Positions 18,056 through 27,426 of a stretch of DNA of 38,218 nucleotides are shown here, piece after piece. The translations under genes were made by a program, and so were the position numbers. The number at the start of each line of letters is the position of its first letter. The first letter of the stretch is position 1. Origin of the DNA: a virus (lineage: Duplodnaviria; Caudoviricetes); the IMG/VR virus record IMGVR_UViG_3300024996_000140, positions 1 to 38,218 of that record; one strand, 5' to 3'. A model generated the notes under the pieces. It was not told the DNA's origin, searched no databases, and saw only the letters and a program-made list of their open reading frames with translations.

Positions 18056-18627
18056 CAGGCGAACCCCGGCAACCGCGGCGTGGCCTGCAGCAGCTCCGCC
18101 ACGGCGTTCGGCACCGCGAACCCGGCCGGCGTGTACACCACGTCGCCGCCGCCCTGATCGAACCGCGGCCGCGGCCCCTGCCGGGTGCGCCACAGATGCG
18201 CGAAAAGCATTGACGCGGCCAGCTTCTGATTCCCCGGCACGGCGGTCACACCCACCGTCACCGTCGCCACGATGTTGCGGCGGCCGGGCAGCCATGCCCG
18301 CGGCCACGTCGAGGAGCCGCGGTAGATGATGCCCAGCTCGCCCGCCGGCACAAAGTCGCCCGCCGACAGGGTCGCGCCGGACTCGACGATCGACACCACC
18401 GCGGCGAACGGCCACGGCAACAGGATCGCCTCGCGCCCACCATCGGCCGTCTTAGACCGATCGAGCTGCGCCACCGGGCGCGACAGGTCCTCGATCACCG
18501 GCACCACCGCGTCGATGTAGCGCTGAACCAGCTCGTCGTTGGCCAGCTCACCGACAGACGTGCCCGCCGATGCTGCCGCCTCACGTGCCTCCGTGAGCGA
18601 CAGCAGCACCGGCGTTGGCGTCGTCAT
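18055..18627 (-). CDS. Head-tail adaptor (gp6/gp15-like)
   Basis: LLSLTEAR...DELVQRYIDA...HLWRTRQG...VPNAVAELL. Confidence 0.75.
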   Translation of the reverse strand: MTTPTPVLLSLTEAREAAASAGTSVGELANDELVQRYIDAVVPVIEDLSRPVAQLDRSKTADGGREAILLPWPFAAVVSIVESGATLSAGDFVPAGELGIIYRGSSTWPRAWLPGRRNIVATVTVGVTAVPGNQKLAASMLFAHLWRTRQGPRPRFDQGGGDVVYTPAGFAVPNAVAELLQATPRLPGFA

Positions 18628-18629
18628 CG

Positions 18630-18938
18630 TCAGTCGCCGGCCGTGCCGTCACCGGCGCCGTCAGAGCCGTCGTCAGCCCCGCCGGCGTCGTCGCCCGCGG
18701 GCGTGTCGGCCGGCGCGGCGGCGCCCTTGCCGCCCTTGCCGCCCTTGCCCTTGGCCGCGCGCGTGGCCTTGCTCACATCGAGCAACGCCTCGGTGCGCTT
18801 GATCTCCGCCTGCACCTCCGCGAGGCGGTCCTTGCGGCCGGCGTCCTTGTAGGCCTGCGCCTCGCGCTGCAGCCCCTCGAGGTACTCGGCTTGGGTCTTG
18901 CGTGCCGCGGCCGCGGCCGCGCTTTCGGTGTTCGACAT
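18630..18938 (-). CDS. Hypothetical protein after capsid gene (102 aa)
   Basis: GGAGG RBS; YLEGLQRE...RLAEVQAEI. Confidence 0.75.
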   Translation of the reverse strand: MSNTESAAAAAARKTQAEYLEGLQREAQAYKDAGRKDRLAEVQAEIKRTEALLDVSKATRAAKGKGGKGGKGAAAPADTPAGDDAGGADDGSDGAGDGTAGD

Positions 18939-18981
18939 AGAAACCTCCAGTTGTCGATGAATGGGGAGCGGGGGAGCGGCC

Positions 18982-19013
18982 CCCGGGCGCGACCGTCACG
19001 AGTCGCGCCCGGG
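18982..19013 (-). terminator. 12-bp hairpin after capsid gene
   Basis: CCCGGGCGCGAC-N8-GTCGCGCCCGGG. Confidence 0.6.
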
Positions 19014-19025
19014 AACCACGAACGG

Positions 19026-20444
19026 TCAGCCGAAGGTCGGCGTGACCAAACCGGTGCCGGTGATCTTGCGGTGCACGGCCTTCGACGAGTCCTGCACCCG
19101 ATCGAAGATCGCCGCGAAATACCCGTAGAGCACCAGGTCCACGCCGAGCTTCTTTGCCTGCGTCTGCTCCGCGCGGATGAACATCGGCGCCTTCGGGTCC
19201 TCCCACAGGTGCGCCTCCTGCCGGGCCACCAGGTACACCTCGTCCTGGTTGGTGCCCGTGCCGAGGTTGGTCACCACATGGTTATCGGTGACCACGGCGC
19301 CGCCGTCGGGCAGATGCCCGCGCACCCCCGCCGGGTAGGCGGCGGCCGCGTCCGTGCCCGCCGCCTGCCCGGGCACGCCCTGGTTGATGAACGGCCACGC
19401 CGTGGTGGTCTGAGCCTTGAGCCATGCCCAGCGACGCCCGTGCATCAGGGTGAGGAGGTCGCCCTCGTCGAGATCCAGCAGCGCGGACTCCACACCGGAT
19501 GCCGCCTCCTGCACCTTCGAGTACAGCTTCGCAGCCGTCGGCGCCGCCTCCGTCCACGTCGCCACCGTCGCCACCGCCGCCAGGCCCCACGTCGCCGAGT
19601 TGAGGAGCTTGTCGTCCAGCTTCGAGTTGTACGACTTCATCAGGTCCTCGAAGACGATGTCCTCGGTGCCGAGGGAACGCTCCACCGCCTGACGCGAGAT
19701 CGTCTGTGCGCCGGCGTTCGTGCGCACCGACACCGAGATCATCTCGTCGTCGTAGTCGGTCTCGGACACCGCCGACAGCTCCGACGTCTGCTCGTCGGCC
19801 GACGTCGAGGTGGTCTGCCGCGGGATGTAGACGGTCATGCCGGTGGCCGGCAGGTCGTGGTGCCGGCACTGGTCGGCGAACTTCCGGCCCGCCTGAGCCT
19901 TCGGCGCGTACAGATCGACCAGGTACTGCGGCACGACCAGGCCGGGCGCGCCCGATGTGGTCACACCCGTGGCCGCCCGCACCAGCTGGTCGCCGCGCAG
20001 GGACCGCTCTTCCCGCTCGTGCTGGTAGAGCCGCTCGCGTGCCTGCCGGTTGCCCAGGAAATCGGCCGCCACGTCGGACAGGAACCGAACGCCCTTCGGG
20101 TCGGACTGCTCCGTGTAGGTGCGGGCCTCCGACACCACGACAGCGCCGCCTCGGGGCAGGACCTCACGGGTCTGCTGCTGGGCCGCCTCGTCGGCGCGCT
20201 GCGCCGCTTCCTCGGTCTCCATCGGCGCCAGACGCGCGTCCAGGGCGGCGATCTCGCCGTCGAGGCGGGCCCGCTCGGTGTTCGCCGCCTCGGAGCGCTC
20301 CGACTCGGCCTCGGTCGGGTTACGCTGTCCGTCCGCGTCGCAGGCCGCCAGCACCTCCCGGATGATCGTTGACTGCGCGGCACGCTGGGTCACCAGCGCC
20401 GCACGCTCGGCGCGCAGCCGCGCCAGCACCTCTTCGAACTTCAT
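19026..20444 (-). CDS. HK97-fold major capsid protein with coiled-coil delta domain (472 aa)
   Basis: GAAGGG RBS; N-terminal coiled coil; GLVVPQYL; follows the protease. Confidence 0.9.
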   Translation of the reverse strand: MKFEEVLARLRAERAALVTQRAAQSTIIREVLAACDADGQRNPTEAESERSEAANTERARLDGEIAALDARLAPMETEEAAQRADEAAQQQTREVLPRGGAVVVSEARTYTEQSDPKGVRFLSDVAADFLGNRQARERLYQHEREERSLRGDQLVRAATGVTTSGAPGLVVPQYLVDLYAPKAQAGRKFADQCRHHDLPATGMTVYIPRQTTSTSADEQTSELSAVSETDYDDEMISVSVRTNAGAQTISRQAVERSLGTEDIVFEDLMKSYNSKLDDKLLNSATWGLAAVATVATWTEAAPTAAKLYSKVQEAASGVESALLDLDEGDLLTLMHGRRWAWLKAQTTTAWPFINQGVPGQAAGTDAAAAYPAGVRGHLPDGGAVVTDNHVVTNLGTGTNQDEVYLVARQEAHLWEDPKAPMFIRAEQTQAKKLGVDLVLYGYFAAIFDRVQDSSKAVHRKITGTGLVTPTFG

Positions 20445-20555
20445 GGCATTTCCCTTCTGAGTGGATGATCGGATTGCGCCGGACATACAGACGGGTCGCC
20501 GGCCCGGGCCTTGGCGCGGGGCGGACGGACGCGAATCGTCGCGGCAGGGGATCGG

Positions 20556-21224
20556 TCAGAGTGCGTGCGCCAGCAACTGCAGGCGACGGCGCCGGCCGAA
20601 GTCTTCCGGCGCCGCACGCAGCGCCGCCGAGGTGTAGGGGTTCGCGCCGTAGCCGACGATCGCCACATCGCCGCGATGCAGATCGACCTCGTCGATGCGG
20701 TACTCCGTGTAGTCCGGGGACCACTGGCCGCGCACGATGCGGAACGCGAACGACATCTCGTCGTACAGGCCGGCGCGGAGCTTCGGCGCCGCGTAGGCGA
20801 CATCCGCGTCGGCCGGGTCGAGATCCGGGGCCAGCACATGCAGGCCCTCGTCGATCTCCTCGAGCTGCAGCGTGCCAGTCAACGTGCGGGCGATCCGCCG
20901 CATCTGGTCATGCCCCAGGACCAGGGGAACGTCAAGATCTACCCGGGCCAGGGTGCGCGCGAACGCCCCGGCGGAGATGATCTCCGTGTACGGGCCGAAG
21001 AAATCCCACATCTCGTAGCCGCGTTCCGTCGCCGACGCGATCCCGTCGAACGTCAGATGCCCATCAGTGGCCGCCTCGCGCAGCTCCACGCTCGCCAGGT
21101 GCGCCGACGCCCGGGCCAGCGACCCGGCCGGCTCCGCCATGCGACGCTGCCGCGGCCGATCCGCCCGCTGCGCAGTCTCCGCGCTCCGCAGCTGCGCGGC
21201 CTCCGAAATCGTCCTCACGCTCAC
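20556..21224 (-). CDS. HK97-family prohead protease
   Basis: FDGIAS, YTEIISAGAF, LGHD, EMSFAF, DVAIVGYGANP. Confidence 0.9.
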   Translation of the reverse strand: MSVRTISEAAQLRSAETAQRADRPRQRRMAEPAGSLARASAHLASVELREAATDGHLTFDGIASATERGYEMWDFFGPYTEIISAGAFARTLARVDLDVPLVLGHDQMRRIARTLTGTLQLEEIDEGLHVLAPDLDPADADVAYAAPKLRAGLYDEMSFAFRIVRGQWSPDYTEYRIDEVDLHRGDVAIVGYGANPYTSAALRAAPEDFGRRRRLQLLAHAL

Positions 21225-22501
21225 GATGTACCTCCCGGCTCGAATGACGGACCCGGCAGCGCCAGGGACGCGCCGAACTGCTCATTGACGATCTGCCGCG
21301 CCTCGTCCGACGTGATGACCTTGCCGACAGACAGGTAGATCTGCTGCAGCGCCCGGGCAAGATCGGCCTGCGCCGGCGCCGGCGACAGGCGATCGAACTC
21401 CGCCAGCTGCGCCTCGGTCAGCGGCGGCAGATTCCACAGGTCACGAATCTCGGACGGGGCGCGCAGCCGATCCCGCACCTGCTGGCCGAACATCGCCGAC
21501 ACCGTCTGCGGGTCCATCCGCAGCAGCGCATCCGAGTTCAGCTTCACGTACTGCGGATCACGGATCATGCCGTGCGTCAGCGCCTCTTCACGCCGGGCGA
21601 TCGCGGGCCCGAAGTTCATGATCAGGAACTGCAGGTTCCGTTGCACGATGTTCGCGTACGTCACCGACGAGCCGCCCGACACCATGGCGTCGATCAGGTC
21701 CGCCGGGCAGCTCATGTACCGGGCGATGTCCGGCAGGGTCGCCTGCTGCGCCGCCAGGAACTGCGTGTCCGCCTTCTGCGCGGTCATCGGCGAGAACTCC
21801 CACGCCTTACCCGCCACCCAGATATCGCCGCCGGACACCGCAGCCCGATACGACTCCTTCGCGTCCAGCGCCTCGGCACGGGTCAGGTCCTTGGAGTTGT
21901 TCCGCAAGATCCCGGACGGCACCGCCGAGTTCGTGTACCAGCCGACCGTGAACTCCTGCGCCGACGTTGCCTGCGAGATCGCCAGAGCCGCATACGCGAT
22001 CGGAGACAGCCCAACGGCCAAACCGGCCACCGTGTACTGCTTCTCGTGCCAGATCTCATCACGGTTGTACTTCGTGCCGCCGTACCAGTAGGTCACGACA
22101 CGGTCCTTGTCCTGGCGAACCGTCACGTCCCGCGCCGGGATCAGATCCACCCGCGCCGGCCGGTTCGCGGCGTCCCGCGCGGTGATGATGCCGAACGTGT
22201 TCCCGAACGTGTCGAGGTCCTGCTGCGTCGAGTACATCCACTCCATGTAGCGCACGTCCGAGCCGCCCGGCTCGGTCAAAACCTTCGGCCGCGGCCGCTC
22301 GTACTGCACGCCGTTAACCCGCACGAACACGTCGAGCGGCAGCGTCGAGAGAAGATCGGCGCGCAGCCGTGTGCACGCCCACACTGCCGAGTTCCGGCGC
22401 GCGTCCTCCACGGTCGGCGCGGGGATCGACAGGCGAGATGTGCGCGGCGGGATCAGCTGCGACTTGGCGTCACGCCGCTCGCGTGCGAACAGAAGGCTCA
22501 C
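21221..22501 (-). CDS. HK97-family portal protein (426 aa)
   Basis: AVWAC...LSTLPL, FGN, GLSPI, PSGIL, TYAN; GTG start overlaps upstream stop. Confidence 0.9.
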   Translation of the reverse strand: MSLLFARERRDAKSQLIPPRTSRLSIPAPTVEDARRNSAVWACTRLRADLLSTLPLDVFVRVNGVQYERPRPKVLTEPGGSDVRYMEWMYSTQQDLDTFGNTFGIITARDAANRPARVDLIPARDVTVRQDKDRVVTYWYGGTKYNRDEIWHEKQYTVAGLAVGLSPIAYAALAISQATSAQEFTVGWYTNSAVPSGILRNNSKDLTRAEALDAKESYRAAVSGGDIWVAGKAWEFSPMTAQKADTQFLAAQQATLPDIARYMSCPADLIDAMVSGGSSVTYANIVQRNLQFLIMNFGPAIARREEALTHGMIRDPQYVKLNSDALLRMDPQTVSAMFGQQVRDRLRAPSEIRDLWNLPPLTEAQLAEFDRLSPAPAQADLARALQQIYLSVGKVITSDEARQIVNEQFGASLALPGPSFEPGGTS

Positions 22502-22653
22502 CGGCGGCGACCGCCCCGGCGCGCCAGCGCCCACGACACCGCCAGCAACGCCGCCCCCAGAACGACGAGACCGAGACGCCAGTCCACGACCGCGGCCGCC
22601 GCCACGATCGCAGCCAGCCCGGCCGATTCGAGAATCGTTGTAATGACGTCCAT
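22498..22653 (-). CDS. Small two-TM membrane protein between terminase and portal (51 aa)
   Basis: MDVITTILESAGLAAIV...GLVVLGAALLAVSW. Confidence 0.7.
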   Translation of the reverse strand: MDVITTILESAGLAAIVAAAAVVDWRLGLVVLGAALLAVSWALARRGGRRR

Positions 22654-22664
22654 TCCGCCTCCGA

Positions 22665-24098
22665 TCAGAAGTAGAAGTCCGGCTCGGCGTCGTCGCCGTC
22701 GCTGCCCAGGCCCCAGCGGGCGCCGGTCACCGATACCAGCGGGCAGATGTCGGTGTCGCCGCGGCGGTTCCACGTCCACCCGGTGTCCGTCTCGCGCTTC
22801 GTGGCTCCCGCCACCGCGATGTTCAGAGCCGCCTGGTCGATGTGGCGCACCCGCTCCGGCACCCGGTCGTACAGCTGAGCGCACGCCGTGCGCATGTCAC
22901 CGGACGACATCACCAAGCACTCGAGGCCCTCGTCCTCGAGGTCGGGCCGCAACTCCGCCGCGGCGCCGTTCGTCAGAATGATCGGCCCGGCCAGCGGCCG
23001 GGTCGCCTTCAACTGATGCAGCCGGCCCAGCAGAGCCGAGGTGCGGAACCGATCGTGGTAGACGACCTCGATGTGCTCCAGGCCGTCGGCGCGCAGCCCG
23101 GCCGCGCCAATCGCAGCACGCGACCGATCCGGGGTGAGGTCCACCGCCAGCCAGCGCGGCACGTCCGGCGGGATCACCGACGCCGGGTCAGCCGCGGCCA
23201 TCCAGTCCTCCACGGCGATCACCTGCACAATCGACACACCGTCGCGCCACTGGTTGAGAAACGCCCTGCGGAACTCGTCCTCGTTGTCGTCCTTCATCCC
23301 ATCCCACGTCGCTGCGACCGCATCGAGCGTGACGGTGTAACCGATCGCCGGCATGCATGCGAGCCAAGTCTTCGGGTCCGAAGGATCGGCGTCGTCCGGG
23401 GCAGACCACTCGAAGTAGGCCACCCTGCCGGGCTGCCCGTCGATCGACCTGGCGCGGCCGCGAGTCACCTTCGGCTTGAGGTAGGTACTGCGCCGGTTGC
23501 CGGCGGTGGACACGACCCACAGCTGCGGTTCCGGCCGCGTGATCATCGCCGGGCGGAACGCCTGCTCCTTCGTAGCGTCGACCTCGTACCAAGCCTCGTC
23601 CGTGAACGCGAGGTCCAGAGTCGCGCCGTGCCCGGCCGCATCATTGCCGGCGTCGATGCCGTACCGCGACCCGTTGGCCCAATACAGCGCCTCGGAGTCG
23701 TTCGAATAGCGGACGCCACGGATCAGCCGGCCGAACGGCGACTTCTGCAACGCCGGCACATGCTCGTCGGCCCACTTCGCTCGCGCCTTGCCGCGGGTCT
23801 GCGCCGTGTACACGATGTTCTGCGGACCGCCGAACCCGAACGCCCGATGCGTCGAAACACCAAGCTCCAACGTCGTCTTACCCGACTGGCGCGGCGTCAG
23901 GAGATCAATCTCCGAGTAGTACAGCCGGCCCGTGGCCGGGTCGATCTCGCCGGCCACGTCCGCGACCAGCTGCTGCCACGGCATGAACGGCGTACCGAGC
24001 GCGCCACCGGCCACCGCGATCTTCGGCCCGATCGTCTCCCGCGTGGGGTCCCGGCGCGTCGCGAACCGCGGCGGACACGCCAGCGCCGGCCTAGGCAC
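22665..24098 (-). CDS. terL: Terminase large subunit
   Basis: Walker A PRQSGKTT, Walker B FTDEAW, STAG, nuclease AVD...DI. Confidence 0.93.
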   Translation of the reverse strand: MPRPALACPPRFATRRDPTRETIGPKIAVAGGALGTPFMPWQQLVADVAGEIDPATGRLYYSEIDLLTPRQSGKTTLELGVSTHRAFGFGGPQNIVYTAQTRGKARAKWADEHVPALQKSPFGRLIRGVRYSNDSEALYWANGSRYGIDAGNDAAGHGATLDLAFTDEAWYEVDATKEQAFRPAMITRPEPQLWVVSTAGNRRSTYLKPKVTRGRARSIDGQPGRVAYFEWSAPDDADPSDPKTWLACMPAIGYTVTLDAVAATWDGMKDDNEDEFRRAFLNQWRDGVSIVQVIAVEDWMAAADPASVIPPDVPRWLAVDLTPDRSRAAIGAAGLRADGLEHIEVVYHDRFRTSALLGRLHQLKATRPLAGPIILTNGAAAELRPDLEDEGLECLVMSSGDMRTACAQLYDRVPERVRHIDQAALNIAVAGATKRETDTGWTWNRRGDTDICPLVSVTGARWGLGSDGDDAEPDFYF

Positions 24099-24612
24099 GC
24101 TTCATGGCGGCGAGCAGCTGCGACAGCTCGTCGTCCGTCTTCGCAGACAGCTTCCGAATCTCCGACAGCGTCGCCACCAGCTGCCGGGCCGCCCCGGCCA
24201 CCGACGTGCCGGCCGCCTCATCGATCTCCTGCGCCAGCGCCACGGCCACCGCGGCCAGAGGCGGCACACCCCGCGAACCCTCGTGCAACTCCAGCTCGGC
24301 GATAACCGCCGCCTCGACCTGCCCGGGTTCCTTGCCTGTCCCGCCTTCGGCCTCCGCTGTCGCATCCGCCGGCGGTTCCGTCACGCTTACGGGCGGTGTT
24401 GTCTCGCTCGCCGCCGTGCCTGTATCGGGCTCCATCGCGGCGGACGCGTCGCGCGCACGCTTCCGGGCACGCTCCTCGGCGCGCTGCGCGGACTTCGCAC
24501 GGGTGCACTTCCGGCACCGACAGCCCTTCCGATACCCGCCCGGCGTGCCGTGGTGGATCTCGGACGCACGCCGCGAGACGGTGCGGCCGGCCGGCAATTC
24601 AGCATCGGTCAC
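24091..24612 (-). CDS. Putative terminase small subunit with N-terminal Zn-binding motif (173 aa)
   Basis: GGAGG RBS then GTG; HGTPGGYRKGCRCRKC; LAQEID...ARQLVATL; overlaps terL. Confidence 0.6.
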   Translation of the reverse strand: MTDAELPAGRTVSRRASEIHHGTPGGYRKGCRCRKCTRAKSAQRAEERARKRARDASAAMEPDTGTAASETTPPVSVTEPPADATAEAEGGTGKEPGQVEAAVIAELELHEGSRGVPPLAAVAVALAQEIDEAAGTSVAGAARQLVATLSEIRKLSAKTDDELSQLLAAMKRA

Positions 24613-24650
24613 GTCGGCACCTCCTGAACACCCCTCAGACGGTGTGTTTC

Positions 24651-24748
24651 CGCAGGTGGTGGGTCCCAACTCGTACAGCCGTGGGGACAAAAAATTGGCA
24701 GACGCGGGGTGAAGCGTCCTCGCAGGTCACCAAAAAACCGCAGGTCAC
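24651..24748. repeat. CGCAGGT(CAC) direct repeats in probable cos/packaging region
   Basis: Copies at 24651, 24721 and 24739 with A-tracts, between HNH and terS. Confidence 0.55.
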
Positions 24749-24791
24749 AGCGCTGCCGCGAGTGCGACTGCGAGTTGTCCCTACTGTTCTG

Positions 24792-25067
24792 TCACCAGTT
24801 CTCGGAGCGCACCAGGCGGCGCCTGGTCACGTTCGCCGACCGCGAGCTGTTGCACCCGAGATGCGCCGGCACCCAGTTCGACATGTCCCTCGGATCCGCG
24901 CCGACACCGACCTCGATGCGGTGATCCACGGTCGGCGACAGCCGGTGACGCACCAGGTCGAAGCGCAGCGCGCCGCCGCACCAGAAGCAATGCGTGAAGT
25001 TGCGCAGGAACTCGCGACGGTCACGCCGGTATTCGTAGGTCACCAGATCGGGGCGACGACCAGCCAT
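24792..25067 (-). CDS. Packaging-associated HNH endonuclease (91 aa)
   Basis: CFWCG...TVDH...NWVPAHLGCNSSR, upstream of terminase. Confidence 0.85.
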   Translation of the reverse strand: MAGRRPDLVTYEYRRDRREFLRNFTHCFWCGGALRFDLVRHRLSPTVDHRIEVGVGADPRDMSNWVPAHLGCNSSRSANVTRRRLVRSENW

Positions 25068-25205
25068 GCCGACCACCCGCCGATCCCGGCCGGTCCTCCG
25101 CCTGTGGGCTGACGCCCGGCCTACAGCGCGCGCTGCCGAGGACGGCGCTGCGACCAGGAGACGGAGAACCGGTGGCCTGTACATCGGCCTACCCGGAAGA
25201 TGCGA

Positions 25206-25232
25206 AACGCCCCGGTGATCACCGAGGCGTTC
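25206..25232 (-). terminator. Hairpin with U-rich tail in late leader
   Basis: Minus strand AACGCCTCGGTGATCACCGGGCGTT then TCGCATCTT. Confidence 0.45.
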
Positions 25233-25279
25233 GGGAATTGGACCCACTCATTCCCACTAGATGGCAACTTACGCAGAAT

Positions 25280-25328
25280 TGTCAAGGATGTCCAGCATCG
25301 CGCCGTGACACGCGCGGCGTGTCACGGC
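25280..25328 (-). promoter_or_regulatory. Candidate late promoter: TTGACA with upstream 12-3-12 palindrome
   Basis: TTGACA at 25285-25280; GCCGTGACACGC-GCG-GCGTGTCACGGC at 25302-25328; no clear -10. Confidence 0.5.
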
Positions 25329-25509
25329 CGGGAGCGAACCCGAACGCTAGCGTCGCCGCGGTCGTGGAGCCGGCAGCACGCCGCCACGGCTGCGGACCAC
25401 CACACCGGTGATGCTCACGCCACCGATCGACATCCGCCCGAACCTGGGCGGCATCGTCGTCCTCCACCTTGATCTGCGCGCCGCACGCGCATGTCTCCTC
25501 GAGCTTCAC
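25282..25509 (-). CDS. Small Cys/His protein (75 aa)
   Basis: ETCACGA...WREHHRC; GTGA overlap. Confidence 0.6.
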   Translation of the reverse strand: MKLEETCACGAQIKVEDDDAAQVRADVDRWREHHRCGGPQPWRRAAGSTTAATLAFGFAPGRDTPRVSRRDAGHP

Positions 25510-26354
25510 CGCCGGCGCTTCCGCTCCCGGGCCCGGGCCAGCTCGAGCACCTCGCCGAGACGCCACAGCGGTGACCCGTCCGGCCCGATACCGCGCTGCG
25601 CCAGCCGGCCGCGGCGCACCCAGCCGGCCCACACCTTGTCATTGATCACGTACCCGTACGAGATCGGCAGCGCGTCGAGGATGTCATCCCGGGTCGCCAG
25701 GCCCGCGGCCGCCTCGTCCAGCAGCGCCGCCCGCCGAGCCGGCGCATCCTCCACGACCCGCTCGCACTTCTGGCACAGCGCCGAGCCCGCGCCGCCCCGG
25801 GCGAACAGAGCGCCGCCGCACACCTCGCACTGCCCGGCATAGGCGACGGACGCCGACGGATCCAGCACACCGCGGCCGCGACGCACCGCCGCGGTGATGT
25901 CGTGCCGGATCCCGCGGGCCCGGGGATGCCGACGCACCCGGTCGAGCCGGGCCAGCAACCACGCCGCCATCGCCGCGAGCTGCGTCGCCTCACCGCCTCG
26001 ATCGTCCGGCCAGCCGTCACCCTCGCCGAGATCCAACACCGCCAGCGCCAGCGCGGCCCGCAGACCGTCCAGCGCACGCCGAGCCGACGCGTCGAACAGC
26101 AGCGGGCCGGACGCTCCACGGCCGCCGTTGCCGGTGCCGGACTGGCCCAGGCGGGCGAGCTGATCCTCGAGCTGCGCCGCCAGGCCGGGCACCGCATCCT
26201 GCTCCCACGGCAACACCCCAGCCGCCGGCGCCCGGGGCACGAGCTGCTCCAGGGCCTCACGTAGATCCAGAGTGCAGGGCGGGCACAGCAGCGCATCACT
26301 GGACTTCTCACCACACCCGGGGCAGACACAGGCAGGCCTGACAACGCGACTCAC
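25506..26354 (-). CDS. Zn-finger/HTH protein, candidate late-gene activator
   Basis: CPGC...CPPC, CEVC...CQKC, C-terminal WVRRGRL...WRLGEVL; near end of early operon. Confidence 0.6.
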   Translation of the reverse strand: MSRVVRPACVCPGCGEKSSDALLCPPCTLDLREALEQLVPRAPAAGVLPWEQDAVPGLAAQLEDQLARLGQSGTGNGGRGASGPLLFDASARRALDGLRAALALAVLDLGEGDGWPDDRGGEATQLAAMAAWLLARLDRVRRHPRARGIRHDITAAVRRGRGVLDPSASVAYAGQCEVCGGALFARGGAGSALCQKCERVVEDAPARRAALLDEAAAGLATRDDILDALPISYGYVINDKVWAGWVRRGRLAQRGIGPDGSPLWRLGEVLELARARERKRRR

Positions 26355-27379
26355 GCTGATCTCCTGCGTCCACGGCGCCGTGAGCGGCGGCCGCCTGCCC
26401 GTGCCGTCCCGGCCTGTCCCGGCCCATCCCGGCCCGTACCTACCAGTCCAGACCTGTCCTGACCCGACCCGGGCCCGTCCCGACCCGACCCGGTAAATCT
26501 GGATCCTGCACCCCTCGGATCGACCGGAAATCTGTCGATCGGCGGCGCCGGCGTGGCCGGCGTCGCTGTGCGCGTTCCCCGGCCGGTGGCCGGGCCGCTG
26601 CTGTGTTCATCGCCTTCACCCGTGTGCGGGTGGTCGTGCGTGCGCGTTCCCCGGCTGGCTGCCGGGCCGCTGCTGTTCGCGTTCACCGACTGGCTGCCGG
26701 CCCGCTGATCCCGGGCGACCACAACAGTGATGCCCAGGTGTTTCGCGATGAACTCCGCCGACGCTGGTGAGTAGTGCGGCGGGGATGGGGGAGTGAGGAG
26801 GGGACGGTCCCAAGTCTCGGCGGCCTGCCGAGACGAGTTGCACGAGCGGCAGGCGACCACCAGGGTCTCCGCGGTCGCCTTCTGGTCCGTCTTCGTGACC
26901 GGGTTCAGATGGTCATAGGTGCCTGATCGGGCGCTCTTGCGGTCGCCCGGGCCCCACCAAGTGACCACGCCGCACCAGCGGCACTGGTCGCCGTCACGCA
27001 TGCGCACGACGGCGGTCACCAGCGGGTTGGTGTTGTCGTTCTTGCGCTGCCTCTCCGCGGCGATCTCCGCCGCCAGACGCATGTGCATGAACTCCGGGTC
27101 GGCGATCAGCTCCAGGTGTGTGAAGCCGCCGATGTCCTTCTCGCCGACGATCAGGCCGGTGGTCTTCCCGATCCTGATCAGCTCCGTGGTGCGGGCGCCG
27201 CCCATCAGGCTCGCCGTGCCGGGGTCCACCAGGTAGTCGGTGGTGAACGCGGCCGACTGCAGCATGCAGCGAGCCAGCCAACCGAAGAGCTCGTTCACCG
27301 TGCGGTCGTCGCCCAGCACCAGCGCCTTCATGACGGCGGGGTACAGGGCGGCGTTATCGCCGGTCTTCAGCCACGGCAC
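26351..27379 (-). CDS. HNH-containing replication-initiator-like protein
   Basis: MPWLKTGD start; RDGDQCRWC...TYDH...VACRSCNSSR; internal DNA repeats. Confidence 0.65.
   Translation of the reverse strand: MPWLKTGDNAALYPAVMKALVLGDDRTVNELFGWLARCMLQSAAFTTDYLVDPGTASLMGGARTTELIRIGKTTGLIVGEKDIGGFTHLELIADPEFMHMRLAAEIAAERQRKNDNTNPLVTAVVRMRDGDQCRWCGVVTWWGPGDRKSARSGTYDHLNPVTKTDQKATAETLVVACRSCNSSRQAAETWDRPLLTPPSPPHYSPASAEFIAKHLGITVVVARDQRAGSQSVNANSSGPAASRGTRTHDHPHTGEGDEHSSGPATGRGTRTATPATPAPPIDRFPVDPRGAGSRFTGSGRDGPGSGQDRSGLVGTGRDGPGQAGTARAGGRRSRRRGRRRSA
26395..26707. repeat. Degenerate pentamer array and 37-bp direct repeats, candidate origin
   Basis: CCCGA/CCCGT-like array ~26395-26492; GTGCGCGTTCCCCGGC...GCCGGGCCGCTGCTGT at 26568 and 26640, partial copy ~26679. 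Confidence 0.65.
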
Positions 27380-27426
27380 GGACAGTGAGCCTTTCGATCA
27401 GGAGGCGGCAGAGACGGCGGGCGGGC

